Assembly: GCF_004104415.1 (NCBI RefSeq)
Contig: NZ_CP034669.1
Origin: Corallococcus coralloides
GTDB lineage: Bacteria; Myxococcota; Myxococcia; Myxococcales; Myxococcaceae
Direction: 5' to 3' (one strand)
DNA: 64,000 nucleotides
Shown: positions 32,108-46,067 of the stretch, in pieces
Position numbering within the stretch: position 1 is the stretch's first letter
How the letters are laid out: the number at the start of each line of letters is the position of its first letter
Made by a program: the position numbers and the translations under genes
The notes under the pieces: model-generated
What the model was told of the DNA's origin: nothing
The model's input: the letters and a program-made list of their open reading frames with translations, nothing else
Database searches by the model: none

Positions 32108-35100
32108 CTACTGGGCCTTGTCCACGGTGAACATCGTGCCCGTGGAGTACGCGGTGAACTCCGGCGCGTACATGGACTGCACCGTCGCCGGGCCCACGCG
32201 GAAGGTGCCCGCCATGTTCGCGCGCAGCCGGTACTTGAAGTTGTACTCACCGGCCGGCAGCGACTCGAAGAAGAAGTTCGTCCCCGAGTCGCGCGTCTCC
32301 TCGTACCAGACGATGCCCAGGTCCCACTTGTGGCGGGACCGCGCGTTCTCCGGCTCCAGGCCCGCGGCGCGCGGGTCCCTCAGGTGCACGTACTCCGCCG
32401 CGTGCTTCGTGCGCAGCGACAGCTGCACCTCCACCTCGTCGCCGGGCCGCAGCCGCGCGCCGTCGGACAGCGGACGCAGCAGCGTCTGGTTGCCTTCGCG
32501 GATGCGCACGAAGTAGCGGCGCGACACCTGGAAGAAGTCACCGCGCTCCTCCCTGGGCAGCTGCTCCGTGGAGAAGTGCCACGTGGCGGACGCGATGGCG
32601 AAGCCCGGCGTCGTCTTCTCCACCACCGTGGTCGCCGTGGCGGCGTTCACCTCCGGACCGGGGACGACCACCTGGTTCTTCTTCCCCGTGTACACGTCCG
32701 GCGAGAAGCTCAGGGTCACCGCCCTGGAGCCCACCGTCACCTTCAGCTCCTCGCGCGCGGACAGCGAGCCCTCCGCCTCCATGTAGTTCACCAGCGCGTA
32801 GAGCGCCTCCGCCGTGGCGCGCGTGGACTTCCAGTGGTTCACCTTCTTGTCCAGGAGCAGCCACTGCACCAGGCCCGCGCGGCGGGGGTCCTTCGGGCGC
32901 AGCTCCGACAGCGTGCGCAGCGCGAAGGCGTGCGTCTCCGTGGAGTCGTTGTACCAGAGCCAGCTCCGGTCCTCGGGCGCCCAGTACGTGCCCAGGTCCT
33001 GCGTCGTCTTCGCGGAGTCCATCACGCTGTCCCAGACCTTCTGCGCGTCCTTCGCGCGCTTCGCCCGGTTCAGCGTGAGGGCCAGGTACCCCTTGAGGTA
33101 CGGCGAGTGCTGCTTCCAGTGCTTGAAGGAGAAGTCGAGCATGCGCTGCCGCTCGGCCGCCGTGAGCGCCTCGCCCGTGTAGCGCGCGTCCGGATACGCC
33201 GACGCCACGAAGTTGAGGAACGTGAGGAACTCCCAGCCCAGGTCCTTCTTCATCAGCCGGTTCGCGTAGTCGTCCCGGAAGTGCTTCGCCAGGTAGCCCC
33301 ACGCGGGCTCCGTCATGTTGGGCGACACCTCCACCCCGTGCTCCATGGCGCGCGACAGGCCGTGCAGGATGTAGAGCGTCATGTACGGCGACGACGGGCC
33401 GCCCGGCCACCAGGGGAAGCCCCCGTCCGCGTTCTGCGCCTTGCGCAGCTTCTGCTGGGATGAAATGCGCTGGGCCTGGGCCACCTTCGGATCCAGCACG
33501 CGCAGGAGCGCCGGGTCGGACTCCGCCCCGCCCTTCGCCTCGTTGAGCCAGGGCGTCTCCTCCAGCGTCATCTTCCGGTTCGGGTCCACGTCGTCGAAGG
33601 TCTCGAAGCGCGTGCTGCGCTCGCTCAGGTCCCTGGCCACCTTCGCCACCGCCGGATACTTGCTGAAGAGGCTGGAGACGATGCCCGTGGACACGAAGCG
33701 GTTGAGCGTCTGCTCCGTGCACTCATAGGGGTAGTCCACCAGGTACGGCAGCGCCTGGAGCACGGAGTAGAAGAGCTGCGCGTCCACCGTCACGACGAGC
33801 TGCTCGTTCACCCGCGTGGGGTCATCCGACTTCTTCAGGTCCTCGAACGTCAGCGTGCGGCGGTCCTGGTTGTTCAGCATGGCGAAGCGCGACTGCGACA
33901 GGTGCATGCGGCCGGGCAGCACCGGCAGGGGCCGCAGCTCGCCGTCGCTGAACGCGCCCGTCTTCGCGACCACGCGGAAGGCCACCGGCCCCACCCGCGC
34001 GGGCGTGGTGATGGGGAAGCGCAGGTTCGTCCCCTTCCCCGCCGCCACCGTGAAGGCCTGCGCGGCCGTCTTCACGCCGAACTCCGCGAGCAGGCTCTTC
34101 TGCGTGTCCGGGTCCACGATGTCCAACGTGAGCTGGCCCTGCTGCGGCTGGGTCCCCGCGTTGTTCACCACGACCTCCAGCTCCGCGCGGTCGCCCTCGC
34201 GCAGGAAGCGCGGCAGGTACGGGCGCACCATCAGCTCCTTCACGCTGCGGGCGGCGCGCTGCGTGGAGCCCCCGCGCAAGTCCCGCGTGAGCGCGTGCAC
34301 CCAGACGTCCCATGCCGTCACCGAGTCCGGCACCGTGAACTCCAGCACCGCCGCCCCGTCCGGCCCGGTGAGCAGCTGCGGAATCCAGAACGCCGTCTCC
34401 GCGAAGTTGGAGCGCAGCGGCTCCTCCGGCCCCTCCCCCGGTTCCGGGGCGCCGGGAGCGCCCTTGATGATCTGGATGATCTCCCGCCGCTTCTGCTCCA
34501 GCACCCGGCCGGTCTTCGGCGCGGACTCCGCGGTGGACGGCGCGGGCGACGGGGGCGGGGGCGGGGGCGGCGCACCGTCCGATTCCCGCTGGACGGCCCC
34601 GGGCTTCATGGCGCGCAGGCGGCGGCCGCCGTAGGAGTTGCGGTAGCCCGGACCGCCCAGCCCGTAGCCCTCGCCGAACCTCAGCGTGTCGTCGTGGAGC
34701 TCCGGCGCGGAGGGGCCCCCCCGGAGGAGCTCGTCGAAGAGCCAGTCCGCGCCGAAGACGCCACCAGAGGCCCGGAAGTCCACGTACACCGTCTGCTGCG
34801 GATACAGCTGCGCCACCCGCGGCGGCGTGTGCGGTCCGAAGACGTTGAGCGACTGATCGTACATGTACGCGAGCAGCTCCGCGGCCCCCGCCTCCAGCTT
34901 CGCGCCCTTCGGCCCCTTCACCGTCACGCGGAAGGTCTCCTTCGCGCCGGGCCGCAGCGTGTCGCGGAACGTGGCGAACTCCAGGCTCAGCTCCTTGTCA
35001 TCGAAGGGCACGGCCACCGTCTGCTGGAAGCTCAGCGTCTGCCAGTCGCGCACCATCGAGAGCACCACCGTGAAGCCGCCGCGCAGGGACTCCGTCACCG

Positions 35101-38100
35101 GAAGCTCCACCACCGCGCGCCCCTGCCCCGCCGTCAGCTGGCGGTGCTCCACGCGATTGCGTCCCTGGTACACGTCCATCACCAGCGGCTGGCCCTCGAA
35201 GCCGGAGGCCACCATCAGCCGAGCCACCTCGCCCACGCGCACGGAAGCGCGCTCCGCCGCCAGCACCGCGGGCAACCCCGCCGGGGCGCGCGCCCCCGCG
35301 ACCACGAAGTCCCGCTGCGCGGTGGCCTTCTGGCCAAACGCATCCGTCGTCTCGTAGCGCAGGCGGTACGTCCCCGCGCGCAGCGCCGGCAGCTTCACCG
35401 TGGCGACACCGTCCGCGCCATGCGTCACGGCCGCCTGCGCCAGCTCCGCGCCGTCGTCCCAGCGTCGCAGCGTCTGCTCCACGTCATAGGCCGTGTCCCA
35501 GCGCCCCTTCTGCGCGTCCCCCGGCGTGGGCGAAGCCTCCCGGGCCGGCTGCGCGCCCGCGTCCAGGGGCCTGGGCTGCTCCACCGGAACCTCCGACGGC
35601 ATCAGCGGACGCCCCGGCGCCTTCAAGGCGATGAGCCGCCAGCGGCCCGCGCCAGCCTGCGGCGCGCCATCCAGGTTCGAGCGCACGAGCCGCACCTCCG
35701 ACGGGAAGTCCTCGCGGACGAAGCCCACGTCGGAGTCCACGCGGCCCTCCACCGACACGAAGCCCAGGCGGAAGGCCCGGCTCGCGGAGCGGGTCTCACC
35801 GCCCTCGTCCGTCAGGTCCGCCTCCACGCGGTAGCGCCACGACATGCCCTGGGCCTTCGCGAGCCGCTCGTCCGCTTCCGGCGTGAAGGCCACCGTGAAG
35901 CCGCCGTCCTCGCCCACCGTGGCCGTCCCGGAGGCCACCAGCTCCGTGGTGGCCGGGATGCGCTCCCAGAACCACCAGCGCGGCAGCACCGGCTCGCGCG
36001 ACACGCGCCACTTCACCGCGCCGCGCGTCACCGGCAGGCCGAAGTAGTAGCGGGCCTCGCCCTTGAACGTCGCGCGGCGGTTGAGCCGCAGCGCTTCCGG
36101 CGCGTCCTTCAGCGTCACCTCGAAGGTGGGCCGCTTGTACTCCTCCACGCGCACGCCCGCGTAGCCGCTGGGGCTCGTGCGCACCGTCCAGTGCCCCAGG
36201 GCCCGCCCCCCGGGAAGGTCGAACTCGCCCGCCGCCGACCCGAACGTGTTGGTGCGCACCTCGCGCTTCGCCACCTCCTGGCCATTGGCGTCCACGAGCG
36301 ACACCGTCACCGCCGAATCCGGCAGGACGCGGTAGCGCTTCGACGCCTCCTCCGGACGGTAGGCGACCACCTTCCACAGCAGCTTCTGCTGGGGCCGGTA
36401 GACGGAGCGGTCCGTGTAGATGAGCGTCTGGTCCTGCGGGGCCCACTCGTGGAGGGGGGACAGGTAGAGCGAGCCCGGAAGCAACATCACGCCCCGGCCC
36501 CGGCCCAGCACCAGCTCCAGGTCCTCGTAGCGGTCGGCGTTCTTGCCCGTGAGCAGCAGGTCGCCGTTCGCGTCCGTGCGGCGGCTGACGGTGGTGAAGC
36601 GGCGGGTGCCGTAGTCCGACTTCACCAGCCGCACCTCCACGTTCGGAGCGGCCGCCCCCGTGGCCCCGTCCACCACGTGGATCTCCGCCTGGTTGGGGCT
36701 CGCCTTGCGCACCGTCACCGCCCAGGGCGACACGGACATCGGCAGGGAGAGGATGCGGCTGTTCTTCTTCGCGAAGTCCTGGCGCGTGGACAGGACGATG
36801 ATGTACGCGCCCGCCTTGAGCGCCGGTGGGGTCACGAACGTCTGGTGACGCTGGAAGTCCGGCGTGGGCGGCAGCGCCATGCTCCACGAGGCCTCCGGCT
36901 TGCGCGACGCCACGATGCGGAGCATCTCCGCGGAGGAGGGGTACAGCGACAGGTCCTCGCCGGGCTTCGCGAGCCGTGCCTCCACATCCAGCGCGTACGC
37001 CCGGAAGTACACCGTGCCCACGTTGCGGTGGCCCACCAGGATGGAGCGCTTGCCCGGCCCGTCCACCTGCATCCCGGTCGCGAACAGCTCCGGCGCCTCC
37101 AGCCTGCCCACCAGCGCCGCGCACTGCACGCCGCCCACCGACTTCGGCCACGCCTCCGCGCCCGCCTTCGCCAGGGCATGCGCGGTGATGGCGCGGCCCG
37201 CCTTCTCCTCCAGCTCCGCGAGCTGGTTCTGGCCCTTGGACCACCACGGCACGTCCCGGAAGCCCTTCAGGTGCGCGGCCAGGTGCTCCCGGATGCGCCG
37301 CTGATCCGCGGCGTCGGTGAACGACGTCGTCAGCACTTCGTAGCGCCGCAGCCGCGCCTCCAGCGCCGCCTCGCGCCGGCCCGCCGCCAGGTGCCACGCC
37401 TCCAGGTCCCCCAGCACCGCCGCCACCTTCATCAGCGGGTGCGCGGAGGGGTCCTTCAGCTCCACCTTCGGCGTGCCCTCCAGCAGCGCGCCCAGGTCCA
37501 GCCGGTACACGCCCTGCTCCTGCTCCGGGCGCCACAGGTCCGTGTCGTCCAGCGAGTCCACCCACAGGTACGTCACCGCGTCGCGCACCGTGGAGCGGAT
37601 GCCCTCCGGATACGTGTTGGGCTGGAGGTACTCGGACAGCCCCTTCACCGGCTCGGTGCCGAACTTCCGCCGCGACTCCCAGACGGCGGCGTACGTGCGC
37701 TGGATCTCCGCCGAAAGCTGATCCTTCGTCCACGCCTTCAGGTCCACCGGCCCGGAGGACACCACCTGCTCGCGCTGGCCAATCTCGTAGCTGTACGCCT
37801 GCTGGTATTTCGCGAGCACCGCCGCGTAGAACAGGTGGAGCGTGGCCTGCTGCCGCAGCCCCTCCGGCCAGGGCTGCTCGCGCAGGAAGCGCACCGCCGT
37901 CTCATAGCCGTGCAGCCGCGTGCGCAGCTGCACCGTGCGCACCAGCGCGCGCGTCCACTCGTCGGCGTCACCCTGGGCCTTCGCCGCGGCGAGCCGGGCC
38001 TCGGCCCCCTGCGCGGCGGACTCGACCTTGTCGTCCTCGACGAGCGCGTCGATGGCCTTCCACGCCGGGGGCGCCTTCGCCGCGGGGGCCGCCACGGACA

Positions 38101-38170
38101 CGGAGGACAGCGCGAGGGACAACAGGCACAGGACGACGGCGGCGGTACGCGGGCGCGGTGGAGAAGACAT
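32108..38170 (-). CDS. Bacterial alpha-2-macroglobulin (YfhM-type, thioester-containing), 2020 aa
   Basis: Signal peptide; MG/A2M domains; intact thioester motif CTEQ in PYECTEQTLNRF; C-terminal receptor-binding-like domain. Confidence 0.85.
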   Translation of the reverse strand: MSSPPRPRTAAVVLCLLSLALSSVSVAAPAAKAPPAWKAIDALVEDDKVESAAQGAEARLAAAKAQGDADEWTRALVRTVQLRTRLHGYETAVRFLREQPWPEGLRQQATLHLFYAAVLAKYQQAYSYEIGQREQVVSSGPVDLKAWTKDQLSAEIQRTYAAVWESRRKFGTEPVKGLSEYLQPNTYPEGIRSTVRDAVTYLWVDSLDDTDLWRPEQEQGVYRLDLGALLEGTPKVELKDPSAHPLMKVAAVLGDLEAWHLAAGRREAALEARLRRYEVLTTSFTDAADQRRIREHLAAHLKGFRDVPWWSKGQNQLAELEEKAGRAITAHALAKAGAEAWPKSVGGVQCAALVGRLEAPELFATGMQVDGPGKRSILVGHRNVGTVYFRAYALDVEARLAKPGEDLSLYPSSAEMLRIVASRKPEASWSMALPPTPDFQRHQTFVTPPALKAGAYIIVLSTRQDFAKKNSRILSLPMSVSPWAVTVRKASPNQAEIHVVDGATGAAAPNVEVRLVKSDYGTRRFTTVSRRTDANGDLLLTGKNADRYEDLELVLGRGRGVMLLPGSLYLSPLHEWAPQDQTLIYTDRSVYRPQQKLLWKVVAYRPEEASKRYRVLPDSAVTVSLVDANGQEVAKREVRTNTFGSAAGEFDLPGGRALGHWTVRTSPSGYAGVRVEEYKRPTFEVTLKDAPEALRLNRRATFKGEARYYFGLPVTRGAVKWRVSREPVLPRWWFWERIPATTELVASGTATVGEDGGFTVAFTPEADERLAKAQGMSWRYRVEADLTDEGGETRSASRAFRLGFVSVEGRVDSDVGFVREDFPSEVRLVRSNLDGAPQAGAGRWRLIALKAPGRPLMPSEVPVEQPRPLDAGAQPAREASPTPGDAQKGRWDTAYDVEQTLRRWDDGAELAQAAVTHGADGVATVKLPALRAGTYRLRYETTDAFGQKATAQRDFVVAGARAPAGLPAVLAAERASVRVGEVARLMVASGFEGQPLVMDVYQGRNRVEHRQLTAGQGRAVVELPVTESLRGGFTVVLSMVRDWQTLSFQQTVAVPFDDKELSLEFATFRDTLRPGAKETFRVTVKGPKGAKLEAGAAELLAYMYDQSLNVFGPHTPPRVAQLYPQQTVYVDFRASGGVFGADWLFDELLRGGPSAPELHDDTLRFGEGYGLGGPGYRNSYGGRRLRAMKPGAVQRESDGAPPPPPPPSPAPSTAESAPKTGRVLEQKRREIIQIIKGAPGAPEPGEGPEEPLRSNFAETAFWIPQLLTGPDGAAVLEFTVPDSVTAWDVWVHALTRDLRGGSTQRAARSVKELMVRPYLPRFLREGDRAELEVVVNNAGTQPQQGQLTLDIVDPDTQKSLLAEFGVKTAAQAFTVAAGKGTNLRFPITTPARVGPVAFRVVAKTGAFSDGELRPLPVLPGRMHLSQSRFAMLNNQDRRTLTFEDLKKSDDPTRVNEQLVVTVDAQLFYSVLQALPYLVDYPYECTEQTLNRFVSTGIVSSLFSKYPAVAKVARDLSERSTRFETFDDVDPNRKMTLEETPWLNEAKGGAESDPALLRVLDPKVAQAQRISSQQKLRKAQNADGGFPWWPGGPSSPYMTLYILHGLSRAMEHGVEVSPNMTEPAWGYLAKHFRDDYANRLMKKDLGWEFLTFLNFVASAYPDARYTGEALTAAERQRMLDFSFKHWKQHSPYLKGYLALTLNRAKRAKDAQKVWDSVMDSAKTTQDLGTYWAPEDRSWLWYNDSTETHAFALRTLSELRPKDPRRAGLVQWLLLDKKVNHWKSTRATAEALYALVNYMEAEGSLSAREELKVTVGSRAVTLSFSPDVYTGKKNQVVVPGPEVNAATATTVVEKTTPGFAIASATWHFSTEQLPREERGDFFQVSRRYFVRIREGNQTLLRPLSDGARLRPGDEVEVQLSLRTKHAAEYVHLRDPRAAGLEPENARSRHKWDLGIVWYEETRDSGTNFFFESLPAGEYNFKYRLRANMAGTFRVGPATVQSMYAPEFTAYSTGTMFTVDKAQ

Positions 38171-38221
38171 AGGGGCGGCACTCTAGACGCCGCCCGCGCC
38201 CGTGGCGTTCCCTTCGCTGTT

Positions 38222-38842
38222 TCAGGCCGCCGGGGGCGCCGGGGCCCGGCGCCGCAGCCCCACCACGTAGACCTCCATGCTGGCGCCGCGCGTGGCCTCC
38301 GGACGGACGATCTTCACCTCTTCGAAGTGCTTGCGCACCTCGTCACGGAAGGCCTCGAAGTCGCCCCCCATGAAGACCTTGGCCACGAACGTGGCGCCGG
38401 GCCGGCCGCGCGTGGCGGCCACCTCCAGCGCCTTGCCCGCGAGCCGCAGGCTGCGCGCCTCGTCCGTGCCCTTGATGCCGGACGTCTTGGGCGCCATGTC
38501 GGAGATGACCGCGTCGTAGGGACCGTCGTACAGCGCGGCCAGCTTCGCGTCGAAGTCGTCCGCGAGCACGTCCAGCACCGCCGTCGTCACCCACTTCTGG
38601 GAGAAGGGCCGGATGGCCGCGATGTCCACGCCGATGACGCGCCCGTTCATCCCCACGGCGTCCGCCAATATCTGGAGGAACCCGCCCGGCGCCGCGCCCA
38701 GATCCAGCACCGCCGCGCCCTTCTTCACGGACCCGGGGAAGCGCTTGAGGATCTCATCGACCTTGAACGCGGAACGCGCTCGCAGTCCCTCTTGCTTGGC
38801 TTTCTGGAAATAGTGGTCTTTAGGACGGTAGGGCTTGCCCAT
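38222..38842 (-). CDS. rlmE: 23S rRNA (uridine-2'-O)-methyltransferase RlmE (FtsJ/RrmJ)
   Basis: SAM-binding VLDLGAAPGGF and VISDMAP motifs. Start is MGKPYRPKDHYFQKAK (38842) or seven codons upstream (38863). Confidence 0.8.
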   Translation of the reverse strand: MGKPYRPKDHYFQKAKQEGLRARSAFKVDEILKRFPGSVKKGAAVLDLGAAPGGFLQILADAVGMNGRVIGVDIAAIRPFSQKWVTTAVLDVLADDFDAKLAALYDGPYDAVISDMAPKTSGIKGTDEARSLRLAGKALEVAATRGRPGATFVAKVFMGGDFEAFRDEVRKHFEEVKIVRPEATRGASMEVYVVGLRRRAPAPPAA

Positions 38843-38944
38843 GTCAGAAGCCGTCCCTAGCATCCGCTACTGTCTTCGGAAAGCCGGAGCAGTCGCGGCC
38901 TGTAGGCTGGCCGCGCCCACGGACTTCACCGGAGGGTTGGTGGC

Positions 38945-39352
38945 ATGGGCACCCGGAGCGTGACAGCGGCCTTGTGCATCTCCCTGCTCTTCGCGGGCGG
39001 GGCGGCGTTCTGCTACGCACGCGCGGAGGCCCTGCAGGCGGAGGGGCGCTGGCTGATGGCCCGGGGCAGCGCCCAGGCCTCCGACTTCGCCCAGAAGCTG
39101 GACGGCACCTCCGTGGACGCCCAGTTGAAGACCTTCAAGGAGCGCCGCGGCGTGATGGAGCAGGCCCACCGCTGGCAGCGCGGCATGCTGCTGGGCATCA
39201 TGGCCGCCGTCCTGTCCGGCCTGTCCGCCTACGTCCTCTTCCTCCTCAAGCGGCTGGACGACCAGCTCCTGGACGCCACCGGCGAGCTGCGCCGGCCCCA
39301 GGAAGCCACCTCCCTGCCCACCCCGGCGTTCGCGCCCAGCGTCCAGCGTTAG
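38945..39352 (+). CDS. Hypothetical two-TM membrane protein
   Basis: TM helices ALCISLLFAGGAAFCY and LLGIMAAVLSGLSAYVLFLL, with strong GC3 bias. Confidence 0.45.
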   Translation: MGTRSVTAALCISLLFAGGAAFCYARAEALQAEGRWLMARGSAQASDFAQKLDGTSVDAQLKTFKERRGVMEQAHRWQRGMLLGIMAAVLSGLSAYVLFLLKRLDDQLLDATGELRRPQEATSLPTPAFAPSVQR

Positions 39353-39404
39353 GCCCGGACTCTGGCAGGATGCCCCCGTTACCGTCCTGACGGGGAGGAC
39401 CGCC

Positions 39405-39692
39405 ATGCCCGGCTGCGCGCACTGCGGACACGCACTCGACATCATCGCGAATCAAGTGGGCCGGCGCGACACGTGTCCCGGCTGTGAAGAGGACCTGCGC
39501 TCGTGCCGCAACTGCCGGCACTTCGACGAGTCCGTGGCCAAGGCCTGCAAGGAGCCCTTCGCGGAAGCGCCCCGCGACAAGGACGAGGCCAACTTCTGCG
39601 AGCTCTTCCAGCTGGGCGAAGGCGGCCTGCACCAGAAGGCCTCACGCGACGCGATGGTCAGCGCCGCGGAGGCCCTCTTCGGCAGGAAGTAG
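39405..39692 (+). CDS. FmdB-family zinc-ribbon protein
   Basis: CAHCGH...CPGC...CRNCRH Cys pattern typical of Zn-ribbon_8/FmdB. Good RBS (GGGGAGGA) and strong GC3 bias. Confidence 0.55.
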   Translation: MPGCAHCGHALDIIANQVGRRDTCPGCEEDLRSCRNCRHFDESVAKACKEPFAEAPRDKDEANFCELFQLGEGGLHQKASRDAMVSAAEALFGRK

Positions 39693-40832
39693 CTAGAAGC
39701 CGTACAGCTTGGAGATGATCTCCTTCATCACCTCGGACGTGCCGCCGCCGATGGTGATGAGCCGCACGTCGCGCCACATCCGCGCGATGGGCGTCTCCTC
39801 GATGTAGCCCATGCCGCCGAAGAACTGCTGGCAGTCGTAGGCCACGCGCTGGGACAGGTCTCCGGCGAACAGCTTCGCCATGGAGATCTCCTTCACCGGG
39901 TTCTCCTTCCGGTCGTAGAGGTCCACCGCGTAGTAGTTGAGCCGCCGCGCCGCCTCCACCGCCGTCAGGTGCTCCACGAACTTGTGGCGCCACACCTGGA
40001 ACTTGATGAGCGGCCGGCCGAACGCCTCGCGCTCGTTGCCGTACTGGAGGGCGTCCTCCAGCATCCGGTCCATGCCGCCCACCGTGGTGATGGCGCCCAC
40101 CAGGCGCTCACCCTGGAAGTTGGTCATGATGTGGTAGAAGCCCTGGTTCTCCTCGCCCAGCACGTAGCGCGCGGGGATGCGGCAGTCCTCGAAGTAGAGG
40201 ATGGCCGTGTCCGAGGACAGGTTGCCAATCTTGTCCAGCTTCTTGGAGACGCCGAACCCCTTCACGTCCGTGGGGAACGTCACCAGCGAGATGCCGCCGT
40301 AGCCCTCCTCACCCGTGCGCACCGCCAGCGTGATGAAGTCCGCGCGCGTGCCGTTGGTGATCCACATCTTGGAGCCGTTGATGACGTAGTCGTCGCCGTC
40401 CCGGCGCGCCGTCGTCTTGATGCTCGCCACGTCCGAGCCGCACCCCGGCTCGCTCACGCCCAGCGCCGCGATGCGCTCGCCCTTGAGCGCGGGCTCCAGG
40501 AACTCGCGCTTCTGCTCGTCGGTGCCAATCTCGTTGATGATGGGCGTGGCCATCTGGCTCTGCACCAGCAGCGCCATGTTCACGCCCGCGTTGCGGCTGC
40601 GCGACAGCTCCTCCGCGAACGCCGTCACGTACCAGTAGTCCAGGCCGCTGCCGCCGAACTTCGGGTCGTGGTTGATGCCCAGGAAGCCCAGCTCGCCGCA
40701 CTTCTTGAACAGCTCGCGGGGGAAGATGCCCGCCCGGTCCCACTCCAGACCGTAGGGCGCCATCTCCTTCTCCACGAAGGCGCGCACCGTCCTGCGAAAC
40801 GCCTCGTGCTCCTCGGTGAACGGGTTGAGCAT
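39693..40832 (-). CDS. Acyl-CoA dehydrogenase
   Basis: Full-length ACAD with conserved blocks: the [11 protein letters not shown]-type region, the FAD-binding middle domain, and the C-terminal GGMGY...IGGGTSEV region. Confidence 0.9.
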   Translation of the reverse strand: MLNPFTEEHEAFRRTVRAFVEKEMAPYGLEWDRAGIFPRELFKKCGELGFLGINHDPKFGGSGLDYWYVTAFAEELSRSRNAGVNMALLVQSQMATPIINEIGTDEQKREFLEPALKGERIAALGVSEPGCGSDVASIKTTARRDGDDYVINGSKMWITNGTRADFITLAVRTGEEGYGGISLVTFPTDVKGFGVSKKLDKIGNLSSDTAILYFEDCRIPARYVLGEENQGFYHIMTNFQGERLVGAITTVGGMDRMLEDALQYGNEREAFGRPLIKFQVWRHKFVEHLTAVEAARRLNYYAVDLYDRKENPVKEISMAKLFAGDLSQRVAYDCQQFFGGMGYIEETPIARMWRDVRLITIGGGTSEVMKEIISKLYGF

Positions 40833-41061
40833 CGCGAGTCCTTGGGGGTTGTCCCGCTGCGGGTTGATTCGCGAGTCAATAACAGGCGCCCGCCGTCAGC
40901 CACAAGCGACGCGCCCCGTCCCCACCCCGCCCGACGCCCGCCTTCCTGGTGACGCAGCGCGCTGGCCCCGGTGTTGTGAAGAAGCTTGAAGGCCTGGAGG
41001 GCAGGCCGCCAACCCCGCGGGATGACTGGGGAGTGGATAGTCCGCACTCCGGAGTATCCTC

Positions 41062-41089
41062 TTGACAGATAATCGAGCGTCGGTAATTT
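41062..41089 (+). promoter_or_regulatory. Sigma70-like promoter candidate for the MFP-RND-MarR operon
   Basis: TTGACA (41062-41067), 16-nt spacer, TAATTT (41084-41089). It lies about 75 nt upstream of the GTG start at 41165 in an unusually AT-rich patch. Confidence 0.3.
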
Positions 41090-41164
41090 CTAGGCCACAA
41101 AGAATTAGCCGGAGCAGGAGCCAGGGCGGGTGTCCCGCCGGCGACCCGGCAGGAGTTCGGACGC

Positions 41165-42265
41165 GTGAATCAGCGAATCTTGGCTGCCGTGGTGGCCGTG
41201 GCGGTGTCGACGGCGGGGTGCTCGAAGGCGGGCGCGGAGAAGGCGCAGCTTCCGGCTCAGCAGGAAGGCTCCAGCGCGCTGGGCGTCAAGGCCATCACCC
41301 CGGCCACGGAGCTGGAGCAGAACGTGACGCGGGTGACGGGCCAGGTCCGCTCCAAGCAGGAGGCCGTGCTGGGCCCCCAGGCGACGGGGACGCTCGCGAA
41401 GGTGAACGTCCGGGTGGGCGACAAGGTGAAGAAGGGCGACGTGCTGGCGCAGCTGGACACGTCCAACGTGTCCATCGCGGTGGACCAGGCGAAGGCGGCC
41501 AGGGACATGGCGGAGGCCGCGCTGCAGCTGGCCACCAGCAACCTGGAGCGCACGCGCAAGGTGGCCGAGTCCGGCGGCGTCGCGGCCAACGCGCTGGAGC
41601 AGGTGGAGATCGGCCAGAAGCAGGCCGCGGCCCAGGCGGCGCAGGCCGGCGCGGCGTACCGGCTGGCGGTGGAGAACCTGCGCGACCACAGCATCATCGC
41701 GCCCTTCAACGGCATCATCACCGCGCGCACCAAGAACGTGGGTGACTCCGTGGCGATGACGCCCTCCACCCCGGTGTTCTCCATCGTGGACACGGACGGG
41801 CTGGAGATCCGGATGCTGGTGCCGGAGTCCGTCATCGACAACGTGACGCCGGGCATCGTGACGCCGGGCACCGTGAACCCCAGCGGCATGCGCTTCGAGG
41901 CGAAGGTGGCCAACGTGGGCGCCGTCATCGACGCGCAGAGCCGCACCGTGGAGGTGCTGGCGGACGTGACGGGCAAGACGGAGCACCCGCTGCGCCCCGG
42001 CGCGCTGGTGGAGATGGACTTCTCCAAGGCCGCGGGTGACGCGGGCAACGGCCTGTTCCTGCCGGCGCAGGCCGTCAGCAGCAAGGGCCAGGACGGCTTC
42101 GTGTGGGTGGTGCAGGACGGCACCGTGCGCAAGCGCGACGTGCGCGTGCAGCGCGTGCTGCCCGGCTACGTGAAGGTGCTGCAGGGCCTGACGGCGGAGG
42201 AGCGCGTGCTCGCCGACGCCTCGCTGGACGTCAAGGAGGGGACCGCCGTGCGCGTCGCGCAGTAG
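41165..42265 (+). CDS. RND efflux membrane fusion protein (periplasmic adaptor lipoprotein)
   Basis: Lipobox VSTAGCS; biotinyl-lipoyl-like domain (VRVGDKVKKGDVLAQLD); coiled-coil hairpin; beta-barrel domain. Confidence 0.85.
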   Translation: MNQRILAAVVAVAVSTAGCSKAGAEKAQLPAQQEGSSALGVKAITPATELEQNVTRVTGQVRSKQEAVLGPQATGTLAKVNVRVGDKVKKGDVLAQLDTSNVSIAVDQAKAARDMAEAALQLATSNLERTRKVAESGGVAANALEQVEIGQKQAAAQAAQAGAAYRLAVENLRDHSIIAPFNGIITARTKNVGDSVAMTPSTPVFSIVDTDGLEIRMLVPESVIDNVTPGIVTPGTVNPSGMRFEAKVANVGAVIDAQSRTVEVLADVTGKTEHPLRPGALVEMDFSKAAGDAGNGLFLPAQAVSSKGQDGFVWVVQDGTVRKRDVRVQRVLPGYVKVLQGLTAEERVLADASLDVKEGTAVRVAQ

Positions 42266-42301
42266 CGGTCCCTCCTCCCCTCTTCTTCCCTGGGTACCTG
42301 A

Positions 42302-45450
<3,149 letters not shown>

Positions 45451-45451
<1 letters not shown>

Positions 45452-46014
45452 TGCGCCGCCCCACCTCCATCACCTCCCCCCCGGAGTCCGACGTGCGCTC
45501 CGAGGGGAAGGACGAGGCCGGCGACGAGAAGGCCGTGATGGAGCGCCTGCTCCAGGAAGGGGACCAGTCCACGCCGGACTCACGCCGCTTCATGGGGCTC
45601 ATCCGGGAGCTGGCCCACTTCCGCTCCCTGAGGGACCCGCTGGCGAGCCTCTGCGACGACATGCGGCTGACCCCCACCCAGGTGCACGCGCTGGGGTGGC
45701 TGGGCATGGACGGCCCCATCCAGGTGGGCGTGCTGGCGCAGCGCATCGGCATCACCAAGAAGACCATCACCGGCGTGGTGGACCGCCTGGAGGACATGGG
45801 CATGGTGGAGCGCGGGCGGGACGCGGAGGACCGCCGCGCCGTCACCGCGAAGCTCACCGACCGGGGCTGTGAAATCTACAAGGTCATCCAGCTGATGACG
45901 GACGCGGGCATCCGGCGGTTGATGGGCCTGCTTCCCGAGGATGACCGCGAGGCGCTGTTCGGCATCATCGAGCGGATGCTCGCCCGGATGAAGGCCGCCG
46001 CTCCGCCGCGCTGA
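45451..46014 (+). CDS. MarR family transcriptional regulator
   Basis: Winged-helix MarR core (LTPTQVHALGWL...VERGRDAEDRRAVTAKLTDRG). Its start overlaps the RND stop (TGATG). Confidence 0.8.
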
Positions 46015-46067
46015 AAAGGGCGCCACAGGTGCGTGGACGGGCGCGGGCTGCGACACTGCCCGCGCCC

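Noticed and set aside
33902-38860. 1652-aa plus-strand ORF overlapping the A2M and rlmE genes
   Set aside because: It is an artefact of the absence of stop codons in GC-rich antisense frames. The minus-strand A2M has a signal peptide, the CTEQ thioester and MG domains.
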